From the NCBI RefSeq assembly GCF_009834535.1, contig NC_045696.1:117988001-118052000 (forward strand): DNA of 64,000 nucleotides. The letters run 5' to 3'. The position numbers and the translations under genes were made by a program. The notes below the pieces were generated by a model, which made no database searches, had not been told where the DNA came from, and was given only the letters and a program-made list of their open reading frames with translations. This document shows positions 36,390 to 48,633 of this stretch, piece after piece (the first letter of the stretch is position 1; every line of letters begins with the position of its first letter). The DNA is from Camelus ferus. Lineage: Eukaryota.

Positions 36390-36575
36390 CAGGGCTTTAG
36401 GAGTCAGCTGTACTGTTCACTAGCTGTGTGATCTACTTTGCCTCTCCAAGCCTCAGTGTCTTCATCTCATATGGAACTTCCTTTGGTGGGGTTATGAGGA
36501 TTGAGGGAGAGGATAAAAGTACAGGTATTATATCGTACCCTATAGAGGTCACCTGACACAGAGGAAGTACTCCGT
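36390..36575 (+). mobile_element. MIR
   Basis: cactagctgtgtgatct ... cctctccaagcctcagtgtcttcatct ... ggggttatgaggattgag. Confidence 0.65.
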
Positions 36576-36959
36576 GCAGGGCTTTCTGATAGAGGAGGAG
36601 TCATGACTTAGGTACACGAAGAGCAGGACCAGCCAGCCACAGGACATGCGGGAAGGAAGAGCTCTCAGAACACAGGGATCCCAGGATCAGAAGATGACAG
36701 AGGTGAGAGATGTCTCAGAGACAATGCAGAACTACTTCTTCATGCTACACACTAGGTGTCATGGAATCTTATAGTTCCGCAGAAACTTAGAAAGATTCAT
36801 GCCCCTAAAAACTTCTAGACACCATATTCCATGGTTGCAACATCATAAACAAGCCCTTGAATCCCATGACGTGATGTTCCTCACCGTCATCACCAAGTGT
36901 CAATCATGCACTCAACACACATTTATTGGGTACCCACTATGGTACCAGTAGAGCTAGAG

Positions 36960-37115
36960 GTAACTTTAAGACCCCACGCTTGGCATTTTGCATATGCAAT
37001 TGCTTGTCTTGGCCATGACCCTACAGATAAGCTACTACTGACCCCATTTTAAAAGGCTGGTATATTTCAAAACCATAGCTGGTAAGTTGTGGAGATCAGA
37101 TTTGAATCCTAGCGT
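36960..37115 (-). mobile_element. MIR fragment
   Basis: accctacagataagctactactgaccccatttt ... catagctggtaagttgtggagatcagatttgaatcctag. Confidence 0.6.
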
Positions 37116-37482
37116 ATCTATGTATTGCCACAAAAATGCTGCCAACAAGCCACCCTAAATATCAGCAGGTTAAACATATGTTCAATTACTCTCAGTGATC
37201 TGCAGGTCAGCCGAGGGCCATTTGATCCCTGCTGGGTTTGACTGAGGGTTACTCTGCTCCAAATGCCTCCCATCTCTCTGGGACCACCAGGCTGTCTCAG
37301 GCGTGCTGTTCTCATGACCACACAAGGACCTTTCACACTTGGTTCCATGGTCCATGCCAACATTGCACTGGCCGAAGAAAGCTGCATGAGTTTTCAGGTA
37401 AGGGCAGAGGAATATGCTTTACCTTTGGGTGAGAGAAACTGCAAAGCCACATGGCAAAGGGGTCATTTAGGTAATCTGCCAC
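37116..37482 (-). mobile_element. Old MaLR LTR (MLT1H/I-like)
   Basis: tattgccacaaaaatgctgccaacaagccaccctaaatatcagc ... gagaaactgcaaagccacatggcaaagggg ... aatctgccac. Confidence 0.7.
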
Positions 37483-38552
37483 GGTCCGACTTCAAAGCCT
37501 GCATACATTGCTCCATCCCACCAGCCTCCCAAGATAAACAAGTTATTACAATTTGTTCAATCTAAATACATCTAAGATGCAGGGAAACTTCGGTGGAAGA
37601 GAAACCTCACTCAGCCCGGAGAGTCAGGGAGGAGGTGCAGCAAGACAGAAGGCCGCAGAGAAGAACATAATTGTGCTCAAATGGCTTCGATTGAAGACAA
37701 GGAGAGGGACCCGCATGAAGTGTTGAGCTCTGGCCTCGGCAAGCTGGCCGCAACGGGAGAAAGCCTGGGGAATGGAAGAGGTTTTGATGACTCACATTAA
37801 ACCAGGAGACAAGCAAACTGGAAATGAAACTTTCTGTGGTTTGCCTAAGCCAGGCGTCAGCTCGCTGGAGAGATGGACGTTATGATCAGTTAAACAATTT
37901 CATCAGACTTCATACTGTAACCCTTGAGCAGAAACCAGAAATAATTATTCACTGGTAGGAGTTTAACAGCAAGAGGTGGGCAAACCAGAACTCTGACAGA
38001 AGAGTGGCATCCAGTGGCCAGGGGTTAATTTGCAGTGAGCCACGGATGCAGGCGTGCGGATACGGCAGTTGCTGGCTAACCACATCCCAGTGGAGGTTCA
38101 GCAGACCACAAGGAGCAGCAGACACCAGCCTGGGGCCTGCAGAGGAGAGAATTTAGCCAACGACAAAGACAGATATGATCACCCTCCTCCTCGAAGAACA
38201 CAGAAACCGGAATTTCCTTCTCTCCTGGAGTTCCCATCCCATCAGTTTTACCAAGCAAACTGTATCTTGTATACTAAAATACAGACTTAATTACCTCCCA
38301 GCCTGCACCTCCACTCCTGGACCCATTACATTTCTTAAGTTGCTAATGTAAATTTTATCTCTGATTTCTCACAATAGTTTTGTCTCTTTTCTTTTCATTG
38401 CTGTAAAACAAAATGTATCACCCATATGTCAAATCCTTAACAAAGGACTGATACATAAGTGACCCTTTCACTCCGGAGGGTACATGGTTATTGGAGACTG
38501 ACTTTTCTTTGTAGCTAGAGATGATATCCAGGGGTCACAATCAAAACTTTAG

Positions 38553-40062
38553 CCTATTTAAGAGAATTTAAATCATACAAAGCATATTCTCTGATCATAA
38601 CAGAATTAAACTATAAATCAATAACGGAAAAATAACAGGAAAAATTTCAAGTACTTAGAAATTAAGCAAAACACAGTTAAATCCATGGATAAAAGAGAAA
38701 AAAATCCCTATGGAATTAGAAAATATTTTGAACTGAAAAAGATCTTTAGAGAAAAATTCATAGTGTTAATTTTTTTTTTAAAGGAACATTCTCTACGATT
38801 CCACCTCAAGACGCTAGAAAAGAAAAGGCACAGGAAGCCCCACTTAAGCAAAAAAAGAAACTGCTAGAGGTAAGAGCAGAAATCAACAAAACTGCAGAGA
38901 AAAATAATAGATGAAACAAAAAGATTTTTTGAAATGTCAATAAAGCTGATAAACCTCTAATGACACTGAAGAGGGAAGAGAGATGAGAGTATCAGAAATG
39001 ACACAGAAGAACTCGCCACAGGCCCCCAAAATATTAAAAGGATCATAATGAACTTCTACACATCTAAACTCAAAAACTTGGATGAAACGAACCTATTCCT
39101 TGAAAACCACAAACCACTGAAACTCACCCAAAATAAAATAGATAATCTAAAAATTCTAAAAATATTAAATAAATTGAATTTGTAGCTTCAAACATTCTGG
39201 AAAGGAAATATCCAGCCCCAGATGGTTTCACTGGCAAATTCTACCGAGTGTTTAGAGGAGAAATGACACCAATTCCACGCATTCTCTTCCAGAAAGTAGA
39301 AATGGAGGGAACAAGCCCCAACTAGTTTTACAAGTCCAGCATCACCTTTATACCGAAACCAGAGACATTACAAGAAAATGAAACTACAGACCAGTATCCC
39401 TCTGAAAGACATAAAACTTCTCAATAAAATATTAGCAAATCAAAACCAGCAATATATTAAAAAAAAATACAGTACAACTGAGGAAGATTTCTCTGGAAAG
39501 GTAAGACTGTTTTAGTATTTAAAAATCAGTATAATTCACTATGTCACAGCCGACAGAAGAAAAACCACATGGTTATATTAATAGATACAGAAAAAAATAT
39601 TTGGCAAAATATAACACCCATTCATGATTTCTTAAAATCTCTCAGCAAACTAGGAATAAAAGAGAAGTTCCTCAAAATTATAGAGGACATTTACAAAAAA
39701 AAAAAAATTTTTTTTGCAACTAACATCATACTTAATAATGAAAGACTGAATTTTTCCCCCCCAACAATCAGAAACAAGACAAGGATGTCAATTCTCACCA
39801 CCCCTACTCAATATTGTCCTGGAAGTCCTAGACACTGCAATAAGGCAAGAAAAAGAAAGAAAAGACGCACAGATTGGAAAAGGAGAGATAAACTATCCCA
39901 TCTGCTGACAACACAATTGTCTATAAGGAAAATTCCAATGAACTTGGAAGGAAGGAAAGAAGGAACGCACAAAGAAAATCTTCTAGAATTAATAAATCAA
40001 CTTAGCAGGGTTGCAGTATACAAGGTCAACACACACAAAAAAAAAATCCATCGTATTTCATT
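38553..40062 (+). mobile_element. Old L1M ORF2 internal fragment (end of endonuclease to RT), heavily disrupted
   Basis: ccagccccagatggtttcactggcaaattctacc, aactacagaccagtatccct; ORF 39569 gives VILIDTEK...LSKLGIKEKFLKIIEDIY...NIILNNERLNF, like the L1 RT; many frameshifts and stops. Confidence 0.92.
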
Positions 40063-40065
40063 CTA

Positions 40066-40218
40066 AGTCCAAGTTTTCTCATCTGTAAAACAGGGAGAAT
40101 AACAAATTTTGCCTCTAAGATTGTTATGAGATTTAAACATTTAATATATGCAAACCATATAGTACAGTGCCTTGTACATTGTAAGCACTTGATAAAAGTT
40201 AGCTGTTAGCTACTATTA
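40066..40218 (+). mobile_element. MIR 3' half
   Basis: agttttctcatctgtaaaacagggagaataac ... acagtgccttgtacattgtaagcacttgataaaagttagctgtt. Confidence 0.85.
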
Positions 40219-40304
40219 AGTATAGCAAGATTGATACGGATGCACGTGAAGTTGATATAAAAATATTAGTGGGTTTTATGGACTAAAATCTCAATGATCT
40301 AGCT

Positions 40305-40600
40305 CCCCAAAACAGCTAAAGCAATCTTGGGACTGCAGTCTGAATGCTGCAAAATAAGGATATATCAAATCCAATCAGAACTCCAACTTGAGTACTGTGT
40401 ACAATTTGGAGTACCACATCTTAACAAGTGCACTGAGAAAACCAGCTGCTTCCTACAGGAGTATGAGCAGAAGGATGATGGTGTGGGAAACCATGGTGTG
40501 ATCACAGCAAGGCAGGGTGCTTACAATGGAAACATAATGGTTTAACAGCAAAATAGCTGTTCACAAATATCTGTCATGTGGAATGGGGCTAGACATTTTC
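40305..40600 (+). mobile_element. CR1/L3 LINE fossil
   Basis: gctaaagcaatcttggg...gagtactgtgtacaatttggagtaccacatctt; translation LEYCVQFGVPHLNKCTEK resembles the CR1 ORF2 motif LEYCVQFWAPHFKKDIDK. Confidence 0.75.
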
Positions 40601-43600
40601 CAGAGGATTAAACCTATGACCAGAAGGTAGATAGTATATATTTATTTAAGTGTAATATTGGAAATATTTAAAGCTCCTGTCAATTAAAAGGTGTTACCTT
40701 GTGGGTAAACAGGGAATATAATTTGATCCCCATACTTATTGATAAGAAAAATTAAGACTAAAACTAAAGTACTTGACCAAGATCTCAAAGCTAGCCCTTA
40801 CAGAGTCATGATTTAAATCCTGGACCCTTAACTGTATCTAGGGATTGCCATGGCCCCTCAGTAAGTCAGAGAGGTTACTGACTTACTGGCTCTGCTATTT
40901 GGTCAAGTGGCCTGGTCCTCATAAGTGAGGCTGAAGACAAAATTCAACTGTTTTGAAGCAACTTTTCTGAAGTTAGTCCACAGTGTGAGTTTAAATACAG
41001 AAGGGTGCAGAATCTAACCACCCAGCTAGCTACAGCCATCCACCGAATGAATGTGGGGTAGGGTGGTGGGGTGTGAGCAGATGCTGTTGATGTTTTTTGC
41101 CGAGTGTTTGAAAACCCACTGTGAATATTGATGCCAAGAGCTTGTTGCTGGCTCTTAGAAACAAACAGAAGATGGAACAGCCATTTTTTCCCTCAACTCA
41201 CCGTTAGCCAAATGCGGAATTTCAGTTTGATTAAGAAACACAAGTCCATCATACATTTGCTTCTATTGTTAAAACGTGGTTGTTGATGTTTTGAGGGGTG
41301 GACTCTGCGAAAGGGTTATACTATCCACAGTGTACAGAGGTCCAGGCAACCATACCACATGTGTGACGATGCCCTGTCCTGACAGCCAGGTCAGCCAATG
41401 AATGGATTTTTAAATGATTATTCAATCCCGTCCAACAGAATCTCATTAGCTCCAACCATTGTCACCCGCTATCCTGCCAGTGAGTTGGATTTTCAGTTCA
41501 GTGGAAGCTTAGAATTTTCCTACTCATGCAGGCAGATTAAAGCTCTCAGCTAACTCAGGTGTAACTCATTTAATTCACCACCCAACTAATTACTGCAGAT
41601 GCAGATAAACCAGGCTACAGGGAATGAATTCACCTCCTAACACAAAACAAAGAGCAAGTAAGCATGTTTCTGAATACCCTACAAAGGACGTGTCAGATGG
41701 CAGACATCTTAAAAAGCAAACAAATGTTCCAAAGACTTCAAAAATCAATGAATTCTAAAAAGGAAAAAAAATCATAGCTTGGTCTTGGTGCATTTGGGGT
41801 CTACTTGGTTCACATTTGAATGCCATCTAACAACAGAAATAACATCAACTGTTTCAATCAAGTAAACTTTGAATTCAGCAGGTTCTTACTCAATTCCATA
41901 TTAAACCATATATTTTTTTTTCTTCCCAAATTAGGCTTGATTAGTAGTGAATAAAGTATAAAGACTAGAATCAAGGACACTTTTTTTTAATGTGAACTCT
42001 CTGTTCTTCAGAGAGGTTAACTTTGAAATATGAACTTAATTGAATGTCTTTTGCTCTAAAGAACATTAATTGGATATACCTTATTGTGCTAAAAATTTAT
42101 ATTTCAAAGGGAAATAATTTAAGAAAACAGACTTCTGTTTTGACAGGTCATTTTCTCAAAAGGCGTATTTAGGAAATAAGTTATTTGAGCATATACTTTG
42201 AAAACAATACAGAACCAATCATAATACTGTTAAAATAATTCATTTTTTCGTTTACAAAGGTCATGGACTGAATGAAAGTTTCAGTCTTGAAAAAGAATGG
42301 TATTCTTACTTATGGAAGGAACTCTCCATGCAATTCTTTCTGTTTAATAAGTAACTACTACATGGTAACATTATATTCATCACAGCCCTACTATGAGATG
42401 TTTTGGTAAATATTTCATGGCCCCATTGTGAAAGAACTACAACTCAACCTGAAGAGTGTGGCCAAGGAGAACAGCATAAGCATTAGAAAAAGTTCAAGAA
42501 CCAGCTCCATCATTCACTGTGTGTGTGACGTTAACAAATTCCTGGCTCTCTGAGTCTCAGTTTCTTCACCTGTAGGGTATCGTAGCCTTGTAGTAACATG
42601 TAGCACAACCGAACAGAAATGAGCCTCTAAGCCAAAATTCCATTAAAATGACCAGGTCTTTGGAATCTTGACTCAAAATCAGACCGTGGAAATCCATTCA
42701 GTCTGGATTTCTAGGGACTATATGACAGCACACAAGGAGTCTTTGAAATTAGCATATGTGATGACTACCAAAGGATGTGCTCAGAATAACTGAGTTTTGT
42801 TTCTAACATGTACAATGAACCAGATACCAACCTCAAATTCTCTCTCCCTCTCTCTCTCTGTCACTTAAGTGTTCTATGACTCAGTGTTTCCTTAGGCAGG
42901 TAAAAACAGCAGGCTCCCCAGCCGTGAGGCAATGGGAGAGGTGTTTTTAAACTCTCTTTAATATTAATTTACTTTCAATTTGGAGAAAGAAACCATTAAC
43001 AACCCATTGCTCTGAAACATGGGGGCCATGATTCTTTCTAGAGAACATCCTTAAAAATTTACTCAGCAGCCATAAGTCAAGATTTTTTCCAAAATTTATT
43101 CTTCAGAGTCAACTCCCAAAAGATTCATTGAGAAAAAAAAAAAAAAAAAAAAACAGGTAAGGGGGCTCTGTGACTAAATGTTTGGGAAACACTGCATACT
43201 TCACTTCACTCCTGGAAGGTCTTAATTGCTCTTGGTTTAAAGGAGCTAATATTTGCAGGAAATAAATCTGTTTAACTTTGTCTAACTTAGTATTTTCCAA
43301 ACATATTTGACTCTGTCATCATGGTAACTGATTAGAAATCCCAGTTTCATATTCTACCAAACACATTTAGGAAATTTATATTCATTTGATGCCCAGTATC
43401 ATGTGGACCGAAAATTTTTTTTAACACAAAAGGAAAATCTCAAAAGCCTAGAGTTTATGCAACACACTTCTGAATAATCCCTAGGTCAAAGAAGAAGTCT
43501 CAAAGGAAATTTTTTCTTTATCTTTGAACTTTAGAGAATCACCAGACATGTTTATCAATAATTGCTATTTTGATAATACCCAGTTCAGTAACTTTGCCTG

Positions 43601-46600
43601 AACCATGGTAAACTCTTCCAATCCATTGGCCTGGAGTTGATTTGTTTTGTTTTGTTTTTGATGCAACTTTTCTTCTTACATTGTTCCTTGGTACTTGAAT
43701 TATTATTTATCTGCTTTCTTCCCACTAGTCAGTTTTATATTTTTTGCTCTGTGTTCTTAGAGAATATTATCCTTTAAATCAGTGAATCTGAGTTGGGGAG
43801 GGAGGTTTGCAATCAATAATGTGATTCTCTGCATGTAATGAAAATTTATATTACTATCTGCATCTTAGCCGGTTCTCTTTTTTATCCCACGCAGCAACTT
43901 CACAGTGTGTGGAGAGGACTACCTGGGAAACTGCAGATAACGCCCCTAGCGTGGCATCTAGCACACAACAAACATGCAAGAAACAGAGGCTACTGTTGTA
44001 GCAATTATTCCAATTTGTATAAATAGTTGAGTACCCGCAAAAGAACTAAAGTAATGTTTTTGCAGTTAAAAAAAAAGTGAGAGAGTATGCAAAACTAGAT
44101 ATAAAAAGTCATAAATGGATTCTACCAGCAGACAAAAAAAAAAAAAAAAAGATAGTCATTACGTTTCTTTACATTATTTAGATAAGAAAAACAATATGCA
44201 GGAAAAACAAAAACAAAAACAAAAACAAGAGGCAGGTGCCAGAATCGCCATCCCTCAACATCTCTGGAATGTCCAAGGTTAGGGTACTTGAACCTCTAAT
44301 TCAACTCCCCAACTCTTTGTTCTCCTGTGATTTTCAGAGAGTAATTAGTAGATTACTTTGGCTCTAGCTTGTGGTTCATACCAGGAGTAAGTATTCAAAG
44401 AACTCTGGCTTTAAAAAATACAGTTACTCCAAAAAAAAAGAGAGAGAGAGAGAGAATGATACCATAAGGAAACTGTTTTTCACAGCCACCTAACCCCAGC
44501 AACAGAACAGTAATGGCTGTTAAATACTACCCTAATCCTACAAGCGAACAGATTATTGAAAATTTCAAAGTGGCAGCTTTGATTTGAAGATTCACCTCAT
44601 TGACTATCTAATTCATTCCTAATGACATAATCATTGGTGAAGAGTAAACGCAATTCAGAGGGTCAGAACTCTCCTATTAGTCATTAGCTTTTATATCCAG
44701 AGTGCTGTTTTACTACCGAGCCTTGTACCTCACTATTTAAAAGAAGAAGAAAGTATCCCCATTTCCAAGGTGATGACTATTAAAGTCCTGCCACAAACTG
44801 CACATGGTTATTATAGTACAAATAGAGAGCTGCTGGAGATACACACAAAATGCATTTAAATCTATTCCACCAAAAAAAAATTTTTTTCCACAAATAAAAC
44901 TCAGCTAGAGATAAATTAATTACCTTATTATGTTCCACAAGGAAAACAAGTGTTAGATACCCTGCTGCATTGTTTGTAGTAAGCAATCAATATTTTACTG
45001 TCTAACCATATTTAACTTTACGTGAATATCTAAATCCCTTTCTACTAGGAATTCTAATACAATACTCTAAGCATAACTCATAGCCATATTCAGGTGAATT
45101 AAATATTTCCTGAAACACACAACATGAAGGAAGTCATATTTCATCTGCATTTGTTTCTCTTACTCATTACCTAATCCTTCAACCCTCAATTCTCTCCACA
45201 GTGCTTTATTAATTTAAATAAAATATGTTCAATTGGACTTTTCTTGGTAAGGAATAAGTCCATACCTTTACCTATGCCAGACCATTAACAAAGACCAAAA
45301 AAGTTTATGTAGTGAGTACTTACAACAAAATAGGTTTCTAAAATGCTATATGTTTAATTGGAGAATTGTCCTTGCTTGGACTGAGGGCCTTTGAAAGGTT
45401 TGCTTATAGATTCCACGCCTGTAGCCCAAATATTGATCTGTTTCCTGGACTCTGAAGATGGATGGGACAGGACTATAACGTCTGGGTTTGCAGTAGTTAA
45501 CCTGAAAGCCCTTTTATAGGTGCCTGGGAAATTGCTGAGCAGTAAACACCAAGAGCTCTTTAACTGTGGGGAAGGTTTTCATACCTACTATTATGTGGGG
45601 CTTCTTTCTTATTTGAAATTTGTTATCGATGCCTCCATATTTCAAAATTCAAGACAGGGAATAATGGTTTTAAAAAGGGTTAGTGGTAAATAGGAAAAAA
45701 TACATAAGGATGCTGATGATATTATTTCTGTATGTATATTAATGAGATGAGTCCTAGGGAGCAGGGGACACCTGTCTTTTGTGTCAGCTTGAAGCTACTG
45801 AACTTGATTTCTTTTATTTTACAGGTTGTAAGATGAAAGAGTAATGATCATGTGACTTTACATTTACTGTTTAGATTTAATAAATGTTGTCATCTCCATG
45901 CCCGTATGACTGCTACTTCCCTTTCTCAAAATTTCAAAGGTGAGTATTCCCTTAGAGCTTATTTCTCAATAGATCCCAAAATCTATACTGACATTGGGCA
46001 TTTCCAAGGGTTGTCAACAAAGTCTTAGAGGAAACAATGCGTCAATAGCCTTTAACATATCCATCCCAAAGTGCATGGAACCCTGTCCTACCACATCTGG
46101 AGAGACACCAAGGAAGTAAAAGGCAGGACTTCCATCTAACATGGTTGAGAAGAATTGGTACCCCTGTATGAATGCATTCATTAACCCAATTACATTCACA
46201 AAAACGAACACATTTTCTGATAGGTGGATAGTATAGCTTTGAGCAATGCCATCATATATATTAATGATTAGAGGCAAAGACTGGTCCATTTACCAATGGA
46301 AAGCCCTTTTGCAGATTTTTCCCAAACACACTGCATTCTCAATCTAGTGCTTTTGCAAAAATAAATTAAATAAAGATATTTTTATGAGAAGGGTTAGGGA
46401 GGAACATGGAAGTTTTGCCAGGGCAAAAAGTTACTCCTTCTTTTTTCTCATGTCTCAAAAAAATACAGTGAAGCTTATGCCAAAAAGCCTTCAGGAACAA
46501 TTCAACCTCAATCTTCACCTAGGCAACACTCACAAATATCACGAACATATTATGTGAAAGTGACTTCTGAAATCTTGATTAATCTCAGTTCTTAGGAAGG

Positions 46601-47339
46601 AAGTGACTCATCAGCACTGTCATCTCACGGTATTGGAAATGATTTCTTGGTCTTTTATCCTTTATTTACAGTAAATACTTATTTGTTTGCAACCACTTCA
46701 GCAATGAAGATCATGGATAAGGAAGAACTGAAAAGCTTCTTAAATTGGAGCTTCTCATTCTTTGCCCAAAAAATCCTCTAACAACTGATAACATTCTACA
46801 CACTCCTCATAAAAACCACACTTCTGAATATAACCCTCTTCCTATTTCGTGGCCTAAGTCTCTATGTAATGACAGCTCTTAATACTTTCTCACTTTGAAA
46901 GAATCTATTTAACTTTGACCATTTTTCCTGCTCTATTTTAATCCCATCTTGCCAATAAGTGAGGTTCAGAGAATGCCTGAAAAGTTGTGATAAGCCCCAA
47001 GAAATTCCAAGATAGCATTTTAACAAATTTAAAATGAGAGCCAACTCATTTTAATCATGTTCGTAAGGCTGAATAAAAGAATGTCTCACCATAGTCAAAA
47101 TCGAATCAGTAGGGTCTAAGTTCAGTTCTCCAACCAGATTCCCACAGATCTCTCAGGGTCTTGTTTTGGAGAACTTCTTTCAAGCCACCTTTGCTATTCT
47201 AATCACTGAGAGATTCAGAATTATGAAAGTTCAGCTCCCTTGCCGTAGGTCGTGGAAAAGCTGCATTTGTAAATCAAGAACTGATAGTCATTAAAAGAGC
47301 AAACAAAGAGAAGAGATTTTGGCAGTTAAAAATACGATT

Positions 47340-48230
47340 GTCATAATAAATTTGATAGAAAGAAGAAAAAAAAGAAGTGTAAATCACCCAAAACATGGAA
47401 GAGAATTACAAAGAAATGGAAAATACACAGGAGATCAATTGAAGAGATTCATGAACAAGATGCCAGAAGAAACTAAGAGAATGAAGAGAAAAAAATAATT
47501 GGAGACAAATTCCCACAGCTGAGAAAAGACAGGGGCCGTGAGATTGAAGGCAATCACAAAGTGCCTCACAGGAGGCACGCAGAAAAACTCTTCCTTAGTG
47601 ATAATGTAACGGGATTTCAAATTACTGAAGATAACAAGAAAATCATGAAATGGCCACCAGAAAAGGACAGGTTACCTGCAAAGCAAGGAGAATCATAGAG
47701 GCATCAGACTTCTCATCGGCAACATTAGCTACCAGAAGACCACAGAATAATCCTTTAAAGTTATGAGTAGAAACTATTTTGAACGAAACATTCTATTGCA
47801 TGACAAAATAATGCGTTTTTAGACAAAAAGTTTGTCTCCACTAATCCTTTGTAAAAAGTAACTTGAGGCTGTAAACAGAAATACAAGGAAGAAGACATGG
47901 AATCTAAAAAATATTATTTCCAAATCAGTTCAATGAAAACATTTCCCAGGAGGAGATTTGTGCTACAGAACTTGGAAACAATTGTTCCAAAGTAGATGAG
48001 GTCAGGCGATCCAAGAAAAACATATGTAAGGAAAAAGTATATTCCAGTCCATTCATTTTAAAATAAAGTAGCAAGTTGATCTTAGCAGTTAGATTAAAAT
48101 ATATGTTTATTTTGTCATGGTGGGGGAGGGGTAAAGTGTCAATTAGAAACTCCAAAAAAAATTAGTTGTGTAAGATAAAAAATGATGTAAATATAAAAGA
48201 AACTAAAATATGGCTTGATTTTGAGCAGTT
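47340..48230 (+). mobile_element. Ancient L1 ORF1-region / HAL1-like fragment
   Basis: A-rich; acaggttacctgcaaag...ggcatcagacttctcatcggcaacattagctaccagaagaccacagaataat matches the L1 ORF1 C-terminal region. Confidence 0.65.
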
Positions 48231-48274
48231 AAGTTGGGTAAGATCATTAAGGTGGAAGGAAAACGTGCAATGAC

Positions 48275-48633
48275 TACTCTGGTACTCCACCAGGGCCCTT
48301 CAGTGCTGACTCACCCATCCCCTGGTTGCTGTAATAGCAGAGGCTTACTGCTAACATCTTTGTTCCTCACTGAGAAATGCCCTCTGCCTCAGAGAACTGT
48401 CTTGCCCAACGTTATGTGCCCTGTAGGATTGTCTGAGATCTTAGTTGCCACCACATTGCAAATCAGCTTCTTCCGATACCCAATTCTGCCTTCCTCACCT
48501 GCTCACAATCTCACCTTCCTCAATTCTTTGCAGTCTTTCCTTCCTCATGTCTTTTGTGAGTGAATCTCCCGAGAGCACCTCCCATGTGGTGCTACATCTC
48601 AGAGTCTGTTCCCAGGGAGCCCAATCTAAGACA
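48275..48633 (+). mobile_element. LTR16-like ERVL solo LTR
   Basis: Ends catctcagagtctgttcccagggagcccaatctaagaca; internal cccaattctgccttcctcac. Confidence 0.7.

Noticed and set aside
39569..40066. 165-aa ORF as an active reverse transcriptase or domesticated gene
   Set aside because: It is a frameshifted patchwork of old L1 ORF2 with no catalytic FADD motif in frame, surrounded by stops.
7478..44151. Isolated poly(A) runs (about 7478, 8467, 15949, 43133, 44134) as processed-pseudogene tails
   Set aside because: No upstream mRNA-like sequence or flanking TSD could be identified.
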